Shown here: piece after piece, positions 57,432-64,000 of the stretch
Position numbering within the stretch: position 1 is the first letter of the stretch
Layout: each line of letters starts with the position of its first letter
Origin: Thermoanaerobaculia bacterium
GTDB lineage: Bacteria > Acidobacteriota > Thermoanaerobaculia > UBA5066
Assembly: GCA_022071945.1 (NCBI GenBank)
Contig: JAJVIN010000025.1
Span: 5,500 to 69,499, forward strand
Length of the DNA stretch: 64,000 nt
Direction of reading: 5' to 3'
Translations under genes and position numbers: made by a program
The notes under the pieces: generated by a model
Database searches by the model: none
What the model saw: the letters and a program-made list of their open reading frames with translations, nothing else
Told to the model about the DNA's origin: nothing

Positions 57432-59607
57432 GAGTCAGGACACCTCCGAGAACATCGAAGACCTCAAACGCGAGCTGGAACGGACCCGGGCGGAGCTCGA
57501 ACGGGCCCGGCTCCGGATCGTCTTCATGGAGACGAGCAAGTTCTGGAGAGCCAGGAACTTCTGGTGGTCCATCAAGGAGCGGCTCCAGAATCCCAGGTTG
57601 CTCCTGGCGCCACCGGCCAAAGAGGCCGCCCTCCCCCTCGACCTCGACGTGGCGGGCGTGCCGGGCCCGGATCCCATTTCTCCTCCCATTCCAGATCGTC
57701 CCACCGACATCATCGTCTGCATTCACAACGCCCTTCCGGACGTAAAGAGGTGTCTGGCCAGCCTCGAGGCTCACACCCGGCCCCCTCACCGCCTCATCCT
57801 GGTCGACGACGGCAGCGGCGAGGAGACTCGGGATTTCGTCGCCGAATCCGCCTTGCGCCTCGGCGCCACGCGAATCCGGAACGAGACGGCCCGGGGCTAC
57901 ACGCTCGCCGCCAACCAGGGCCTGCGGGCGTCGAGAGCTCCCTACGCCGTCCTCCTCAACAGCGACACCCTCGTGACCGATGGATGGCTCGAACGCCTCA
58001 TCGCCGCCGTCGAGTCGGACCCCAAGGCCGGGATCGCCGGCCCCTTGAGCAACTGCGCCTCGTGGCAGTCGATCCCTGAATTCGTGAACGCCGAGGGTGA
58101 CTGGTCCGAGAACCCGCTCCCCGAAGGCCTCGACGCCAACGGGATGGCGGCCCTCATCGCCCGGGACGCCGCGCCCATCCGGCCCGAGTTGCCGTTCCTC
58201 AACGGGTTCTGCCTCTTGATCCGCCGGGAGCTCATCGACGCGATCGGCATCTTCGACGAGGAGACCTTCGGCCGCGGGTACGGCGAGGAGAACGACTACT
58301 GCCTCAGGACTCGAAAGGCCGGCTGGAAGCTCCTTCTGGCCGACGACGCCTACGTCTTTCACGCCCAGTCCAAGAGCTACTCGCCGGAGAAGAGGCGGGA
58401 ACTCTCCCGCCTCGCTCACGAGGCGCTCCTGAAGAAACACGGATCGGCGGACGTGGAGAGCGGCGTCACTCTCCTGCGGCACGGCCGCGTTCTCGAGGGA
58501 CTTCGCGTAAGGGCCCGTGAACGCATCCACCGGTTCCGCCTCATCGAGCAGGGAAAGGCCCGCTTCTGCGGGAGGAAGGTCCTGTTCGTCCTGCCGGTTC
58601 AGGAACGCGGCGGCGGGGCCAACGTCGTCCTCTCGGAAGCGAAGGCCATGCGCCGGATGGGTGTGGACGTCAGGGTGCTCAACCTGCCCGAGCTCGCTCC
58701 CTCCTTCTCGCAGGCCTACTCGGACTCGGACGTTCCCGTCTTGACGGCCGCGCCGAGGGACTTCCCGCGGGTGACCTCTGGATTCGACGCCGTCATCGCC
58801 ACGGCCAACACGTCCGTGGCGTGGCTCGAACCGCTCGCCGGGAAGGGACCCGTCCTCGGCTACTACATCCAAGACTACGAGCCTCACTTCTACGAAGAGG
58901 GCTCTCCCAGCTACCTGGAAGCGAAGGCCTCGTACAACAGAATCCCGGGGCTCGTCACCTTCACGAAGACCGAGTGGAACCGCGCCGAGGTCGAGCGGCA
59001 CACGGGCGTTTCGCCCGCCGTGATCGGAGCGAGCTTCGACATCGACCGGTTCCGGCCGTTTCGCGAGCCCCCGAAGCCACCATCCGTCAGATTCGGGGCG
59101 ATGATCCGGCCGAGCAGCCCGAGGCGCGGCCCGGACATCACCATGCAGGCCTTCGCCGAGGTCTCGCGGCGTTATGGCAGGGATGTGGAGTTCTACATCT
59201 ACGGAGTCGATCCACACGATCCGGCTTTCATGCGCCTGGAACGGGGATTTCCCCACCGGCATCTCGGGTTCGCCGATGGCCCGGCCCTGGCGGCCCTCTT
59301 CAACCAGGTCCACGCCTTCGCGGACTTCTCGACCTACCAGGCCATGGGGCTGAGCGCCCTGGAGGCAATGGGTTCGGGGGCCACCGCGATCCTCCCCGTC
59401 CGGGGCGGGGCCAGAAGCTTCGCTTCGCCGGAAGAGAACGCGGTCTTCTGCGACACCACCCTGCTACCGGCGTGCGTGGCGGCTCTCTCGGGCCTGATCG
59501 AGGATTCCAATCGCCGGTCGCGCCTGATGGAGAGGGCCTTCCGGGACGTCTCGCGTTTCTTCCCGGAAGGCCCCGCCTTCAAGATCCTGTCGGTCCTCTT
59601 TCCCTGA
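57430..59607 (+). CDS. Two-domain glycosyltransferase (GT2 plus GT4-like)
   Basis: ILVDDGS; LLNSD; GYGEENDYC; C-terminal GGA..V, YYIQDYE and GL.ALEAMGSG; N-terminal coiled coil. Confidence 0.9.
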   Translation: MSQDTSENIEDLKRELERTRAELERARLRIVFMETSKFWRARNFWWSIKERLQNPRLLLAPPAKEAALPLDLDVAGVPGPDPISPPIPDRPTDIIVCIHNALPDVKRCLASLEAHTRPPHRLILVDDGSGEETRDFVAESALRLGATRIRNETARGYTLAANQGLRASRAPYAVLLNSDTLVTDGWLERLIAAVESDPKAGIAGPLSNCASWQSIPEFVNAEGDWSENPLPEGLDANGMAALIARDAAPIRPELPFLNGFCLLIRRELIDAIGIFDEETFGRGYGEENDYCLRTRKAGWKLLLADDAYVFHAQSKSYSPEKRRELSRLAHEALLKKHGSADVESGVTLLRHGRVLEGLRVRARERIHRFRLIEQGKARFCGRKVLFVLPVQERGGGANVVLSEAKAMRRMGVDVRVLNLPELAPSFSQAYSDSDVPVLTAAPRDFPRVTSGFDAVIATANTSVAWLEPLAGKGPVLGYYIQDYEPHFYEEGSPSYLEAKASYNRIPGLVTFTKTEWNRAEVERHTGVSPAVIGASFDIDRFRPFREPPKPPSVRFGAMIRPSSPRRGPDITMQAFAEVSRRYGRDVEFYIYGVDPHDPAFMRLERGFPHRHLGFADGPALAALFNQVHAFADFSTYQAMGLSALEAMGSGATAILPVRGGARSFASPEENAVFCDTTLLPACVAALSGLIEDSNRRSRLMERAFRDVSRFFPEGPAFKILSVLFP

Positions 59608-59619
59608 GACGGCTCCCGG

Positions 59620-60690
59620 TCAGTTCGGTGCCTTCTCCAGAGTCACGGCCACATCGGCCTTCTCACCCGCCTTCGGGGTGATCTTGATGGACTTCGGAAC
59701 GAATCCGGGGCGCGTCACGATCACGGTGTGAGGTCCTGGCTCCGTCACCATCCCTCTCATCGCGAAGGAGTTGAGGTCTTCGGCCACACCGACGTAGCGG
59801 TCATCGAGATAGACGGCCGCATCCTTCGGCTCGACTTTCCAGAGGATGTAGGCCACGTCAGGTCGAGTCCCGCTGGGCTGCTTGACCGGTGGGGGCTGTT
59901 CCTGACCGCTGTCGGGCCGTGCTTCCAGCGAGTAGCGGGGATCGCCCTCCACGGACTCACCTCCGACCGCGGGAGCATCCCCCTCTCGCCAGGCCTCCGT
60001 CTTCTCGGCGGCTCCGCCCGGTCCGAAGACCCGGCCGTACGGAGTCCCGCGGTCCGGCGGATCGAAGTAACTCAGCTTGCCTTTGCCTGGCAGGAGCTTC
60101 AGATCCTGCTCAAGCGTCATTCTCTGACCTCGGCGGGCGTTGATCGGCACGGACAACGTCTCGTAGGCCGGATGCCGGAACTCGAGGGTGTACTTGCCCG
60201 GCCTCAGGTAGAGGTAGTCCGGGAATCCATCGAAGTCGTCGGCCGTGCCGATGTAGCGGCCATCGAGATAGAGCTCGGCTTCCTCGGGAGAGACGTCGGT
60301 GTCCACGGTCGCGTAGCGAGAGGGATCGACGGTGCTTCCGCCCGAGTAGACGACCGTCCCTCCCCAGTACGGGCCCCAGTAACCGCCCCAGCCCCAGTAC
60401 GGACCCCAGTAGCCACCGTAGTAGCCGTAGTACCCGCCGTAATGGCGGCCTCCGTGATGGTGGCCTCCGCCCCCGTGGTGACCGCCACCGTTGTGGCCGC
60501 CGCCCCCGCTCGGAGGCCGGCCCCCCCCGCCCCCTCCGCCGCCGGGCGGGCGGCCGCCACCAGAGCCGCCGGAGCCGCCCCCTCCGCTTCTCTGGGCTTC
60601 GGCCGGAAGGGCCGAGAGCGTCATCCCGGCCACCGTGAAGAGGGCGATCGTGAGTGTCAAGGTTCGAATCAGTTTGATGGGAGTTCTCAT
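59620..60690 (-). CDS. Secreted PEGA-domain protein with Gly/His/Tyr-rich low-complexity N-terminus
   Basis: GGAGG RBS; signal peptide; two V.P.DA..YLD.RY.G repeats. Confidence 0.85.
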   Translation of the reverse strand: MRTPIKLIRTLTLTIALFTVAGMTLSALPAEAQRSGGGGSGGSGGGRPPGGGGGGGGRPPSGGGGHNGGGHHGGGGHHHGGRHYGGYYGYYGGYWGPYWGWGGYWGPYWGGTVVYSGGSTVDPSRYATVDTDVSPEEAELYLDGRYIGTADDFDGFPDYLYLRPGKYTLEFRHPAYETLSVPINARRGQRMTLEQDLKLLPGKGKLSYFDPPDRGTPYGRVFGPGGAAEKTEAWREGDAPAVGGESVEGDPRYSLEARPDSGQEQPPPVKQPSGTRPDVAYILWKVEPKDAAVYLDDRYVGVAEDLNSFAMRGMVTEPGPHTVIVTRPGFVPKSIKITPKAGEKADVAVTLEKAPN

Positions 60691-60760
60691 GGCAACCTCC
60701 CCCCTCGAGAGGGCTTCGTGTCCCGGGGCCTGTCTGTCGCCCCGTTCCACCCTCGAATGA

Positions 60761-60777
60761 TGCAAGAGAGTTGCCGT
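60761..60777 (-). promoter_or_regulatory. Candidate sigma-54 promoter for the PEGA gene
   Basis: Minus strand ACGGCAACTCTCTTGCA (GG-N10-GC with TTGCA), intergenic, about 70 nt above the start codon. Confidence 0.55.
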
Positions 60778-60806
60778 CAGGGGTGTCCCCACCTTCGGAC
60801 GGCCAG

Positions 60807-61685
60807 CTATCTCCCGAGGAGCGTCCGCAGGAACGCGCCAGCCTTCACCCAGATTCGCTCGTTCTCCAGGCTCCGGACCTCGCCCAGCTCAGCCGGAGAA
60901 AGGGAGGGACCCAGGACCCTGAGGATCCGCTCGGCCGCAACGACCCGGCAAACGGAAACCGGGAGGACGAAATAGCCCTCCGCGAACCGGACGTGAGGCC
61001 CGAGCGTCATCCGCCGGTACGCCGTCAAGGCAAGGACGAGACTGGGGTAGTCCTTGCCTCCAATCTGGGACACGTAGGCCTGCATGGCCTGCTCCTTCTT
61101 TTCCTGATACGGGGTCGCATCGAGAAGGAAGTTCGGCCGGATGGGCTGCGAGATCTCGAAGAAGGCGAGGTGAGCCTCGGGCAGGGCCTCGAGGGTGTCC
61201 GCCTCGGGAAGACCCCGCACGACCGAGAGGAACGCCTGAGCGACGGCCCTGTGATCCGGGTGGACCTCGGCGGGCGAGGGCAGGAACACCAGGTCGGGTC
61301 TGATCTCGCGGATCAGGCGTTCGAATTCCTCCGCCAGGCGGCCAGGGTCGACGAGCAGGTTCCTGTCGTAGAACCCGCCCTGCCTGACCTTGGTGATCCC
61401 GATATGCCGGAGAGCCTGCCGGCTCTCCGCCGCCCGGCGCTCCCCGATCTCACGGCGCCGGGCGTGGTCCGGCTCGCTCCCGGCGCCATCGGTCACGAGG
61501 TAGACGGTGACGTCTGCTCCCGACTCCGAAAGAGACGCGAGAGCGGCACCGCACCCGAAGACCTCGTCATCCGGATGGGGAGCGAGAACCAGGACCCGCC
61601 GGGCGGAGAACGTGGAGGCGCGATACGGGATCAACTCCTCCTCGGGAGTCCGCTGGGGCCGGGCAGCAGAGGGCGGATCAGCCAT
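60807..61685 (-). CDS. PIG-L family deacetylase
   Basis: APHPDDE; VTDG; R..E; HPDH. Confidence 0.92.
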   Translation of the reverse strand: MADPPSAARPQRTPEEELIPYRASTFSARRVLVLAPHPDDEVFGCGAALASLSESGADVTVYLVTDGAGSEPDHARRREIGERRAAESRQALRHIGITKVRQGGFYDRNLLVDPGRLAEEFERLIREIRPDLVFLPSPAEVHPDHRAVAQAFLSVVRGLPEADTLEALPEAHLAFFEISQPIRPNFLLDATPYQEKKEQAMQAYVSQIGGKDYPSLVLALTAYRRMTLGPHVRFAEGYFVLPVSVCRVVAAERILRVLGPSLSPAELGEVRSLENERIWVKAGAFLRTLLGR

Positions 61686-61941
61686 TGGATCGAGATTCTA
61701 GGAGACTGGTGTCCAACGCCCGTTTTCGAGCGCTCGGTGGAGTTTAGGGTTTCCGTGGAGGACCTTGACAGGTTGGCGCGCAACGGGAACGGCCGAAGAG
61801 GCACAACAACGCTGATCGGATAGGTCGCTCTCCCTGCGACCTGATCGATGTCAAAGGCGTCCCGAGAGAACAGTCCCTTGTCCACCCAGGCCGTGTACAC
61901 GAAGGCACGATGATCAAACTCCAAAGCCCCTGCCGGGTCTC

Positions 61942-64000
61942 CTAGGGCCGGGTGCCGCGGGCGCGGGTCGCCAGCCGCCCGCCTGCGAGTTCGAGACACT
62001 TCCGGGCGGGCTCCAGACTGGCGTTGATCGCGAGCGCCGCCTGTGCCGACGTCACCGCCCCCTGCAGGTGTTCCCGAGGGTCCTTTCCGAGCCTCTCGGC
62101 ATTGTCCGCGAGGAGAAGGAAGGCGTTCGCGATGGCGGCGAGGGGATGTGCGAACTTGGGGTTGATCGCGGCCGCTTGCCTGTTGTGCTCCATCGAGGTC
62201 TGGATGAGCGGCACGGGATCCCGGCCGGCCATCATCTCCGTGCGCGCCAGGGCGAGGCAGGACTCGGCCAGATTGAAACGAGCGATGTGGCTCTTCGGAT
62301 TGAGCTCGATCGCCTTCTGGTAGTTCCGGATGGCTTCCTTCAGGTAGGCCGAGGAGTCGCGCCCCGCCTCGAGTTCATAGTCGGCCGTCAGCTTCGAGAT
62401 GTTGCCGATGTTGCTGTGGAGCCGGGAATCGTCCGGGATGAGCCTGAGGGCCGCCTCATAGGTCGTCCGGGCTGCCGCAAAGGAAGGGCGCGGGTCCTTC
62501 TGTCCCTTCATGAGGGCCCGGCCCGTCTCGAGCTGAACGCTCCCGAGGTCCATGAGATGCGCACCGGTCGGTTCGAGAGCCTCCGCGCGAGCGAGGGCCT
62601 CGGCCGCCTTCGACAGGAACGGGATCGGGTCCTTCGACTTGCGATCCTCGGACTCCGACCGTGTCCAGAACGTGATTCCGAGATTGGCCCAGGCCTCGCC
62701 GCTCTTGGGATCGATCGCGATGGCCCTTTCGGCGGCCTCCTGGGCGCTCAGGAGTGCTGGATCCGCATCCTTGCCGCCCAGGCCGAGCGCGTCCCCGCGC
62801 TGCCACTCGTAGCGCGAAATCGTCGTGAGAGGCTCGGAGAGTCCCGGATCGAGCAAAGAGGCGGTCTGGCAGGCCCGTTTTCCGCGCTCGTAGGATTCCG
62901 CCGCGTCCTTTCCGATCCTCAGTTCCAGCTCGAACGTGAAGAGGAGACGGTGGCATTCGGAAAGAAAGACGGCCGGGTCGCTCCGCCCGATCTCCGCGGC
63001 GCGACGGTATGCGGCCCCTGCTTCTGCCCAGGCCGAAAACGCAAGGTCGTACTCACCCTTGTCTTTTGCTTTCTTTCCCTTCAGGACCTCGGCGTCTCCC
63101 TTCAGCTTCAGCGCCTCGTACAGGGCGGGATCGTCCTCGAACGCCTTCTCCGCGAACGCTCTCGCTTCATCGAGCTTGTCCTCCAGGTAGGCGAGGCTTC
63201 CCTCCAAGAGCGCCGTGTCCGGGCCGGCTCTCGCCGCGCGCAGCGCCGCCAGTGCCGGCTGTCTGAGATCCGATGCGATCTTCTTCAACCGGGCCGCCTT
63301 CGTGGCCGGGCTCTGGATTTGCTCGGCCTTCGCCCATTCCTTCTGGTAGAGCTGGAAGAGCGCGTTTCCCATGAGCCTGGCGGTCTCCGGAGTCCGGTAG
63401 CCCGCGGAATGCGCCCGCTCGATCTCGCGCCGGGCCTCCTCCGGACGGCCCAGCTCCAGGTTGCCCCGGCCCAGCGCGTAGTGACCGGGGCCCTCGCCGA
63501 GGCGTCCCCTGAGCCGGATCGCTTCCTCGAGCCCTCGCATCTGGGTCTCGACTTTTCTCCGCGCGGGCCGGATGTCGTGAGCGGGAAGAAGCCGGGCCTG
63601 CCGCATCGTCCACTCCATCCGTTCCACGGCCTGTCCGAACTCCTGCGCGGCCGCCTGCCGGCGTACGCTCTCGACGGACGTGACGACCGCCGCTCCGCCG
63701 AATCCCAGAACCGCCAGGGTCGCGACCGCGACGGCCGCGGTGATCGTGCGGTGCTTCCTGGCCCGCCGCGCAAGCCTTTCGAGAACGCCCACCGGCCGGG
63801 CCGCGATCGGGTCGCCGTCCAGGAACCGGCCCAGGTCGTCGGCGAGAGCGCGCGCCGAGTCATACCGCCTCTCGGGCGCCTTCTCGACGCACTTCATCAC
63901 GATCGTGGCGAGATCCTTCGGGATCCCGGGCCGGGCCTTCTCGATCGAGACTGGGACCTTGTCGATGACCTTCAGGAGAATCTCGTAGACCGAGCTTCCG
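61942..64000 (-). CDS. Ser/Thr kinase with TM and TPR repeats, 5' part outside the window
   Basis: Kinase C-lobe tail DL.TI..KC.EK.PERRY.SA..LADDL.RFL.G.PI.ARP, followed by a TM helix and TPRs. Confidence 0.85.
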   Translation of the reverse strand, partial: GSSVYEILLKVIDKVPVSIEKARPGIPKDLATIVMKCVEKAPERRYDSARALADDLGRFLDGDPIAARPVGVLERLARRARKHRTITAAVAVATLAVLGFGGAAVVTSVESVRRQAAAQEFGQAVERMEWTMRQARLLPAHDIRPARRKVETQMRGLEEAIRLRGRLGEGPGHYALGRGNLELGRPEEARREIERAHSAGYRTPETARLMGNALFQLYQKEWAKAEQIQSPATKAARLKKIASDLRQPALAALRAARAGPDTALLEGSLAYLEDKLDEARAFAEKAFEDDPALYEALKLKGDAEVLKGKKAKDKGEYDLAFSAWAEAGAAYRRAAEIGRSDPAVFLSECHRLLFTFELELRIGKDAAESYERGKRACQTASLLDPGLSEPLTTISRYEWQRGDALGLGGKDADPALLSAQEAAERAIAIDPKSGEAWANLGITFWTRSESEDRKSKDPIPFLSKAAEALARAEALEPTGAHLMDLGSVQLETGRALMKGQKDPRPSFAAARTTYEAALRLIPDDSRLHSNIGNISKLTADYELEAGRDSSAYLKEAIRNYQKAIELNPKSHIARFNLAESCLALARTEMMAGRDPVPLIQTSMEHNRQAAAINPKFAHPLAAIANAFLLLADNAERLGKDPREHLQGAVTSAQAALAINASLEPARKCLELAGGRLATRARGTRP

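Noticed and set aside
1-64000. tRNA, rRNA, integrase, transposase, phage or known anti-phage defence genes
   Set aside because: None recognised by eye; a covariance-model and HMM scan would be needed to exclude small RNAs.

Overview
High-GC bacterial DNA. The gene content (Ser/Thr kinases with TPR or TolB-like propellers, a Y_Y_Y hybrid kinase, a PEGA protein, multiple PP2C phosphatases) suggests Acidobacteriota, possibly Thermoanaerobaculia; this is inference. About 48 plausible genes, and no rRNA, tRNA, CRISPR array, integrase or transposase was recognised. Blocks: (1) 1-11.2 kb, signalling and surface proteins, including a ~1300-aa secreted PHP/Ig/lamin-tail protein; (2) ~11.6-32.1 kb, an envelope-protein accessory block with two MscS channels, a signal-peptide glutaminase, a DcaP porin, a tandemly duplicated DUF3604-PPIase unit followed by three HupE/UreJ genes, DUF2092, an elastin-like peptide and an outer-membrane barrel; (3) 32-41.8 kb, housekeeping genes (SDR, aguA/aguB, HI0933 flavoprotein, desaturase, pepQ, pcm); (4) 41.9-53.2 kb, a signalling locus; (5) tmk-holB, hicB-hicA, glycosylation genes and a partial kinase. 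The best candidate for an undescribed system is block 4. A membrane PDZ-GAF-PP2C gene, a TPR gene and a GAF-AAA+ enhancer-binding protein with a non-canonical GVATGV loop lie directly upstream of a readable sigma-54 enhancer/promoter (three TGTGRC-N5-GYCACA-like sites, a consensus IHF site and a -24/-12 element). That promoter points into an unannotated 68-aa membrane ORF and an RsbW-RsbV-RsbU-like partner-switching module with no sigma factor, and the activator and the phosphatase share a visibly paralogous GAF domain.
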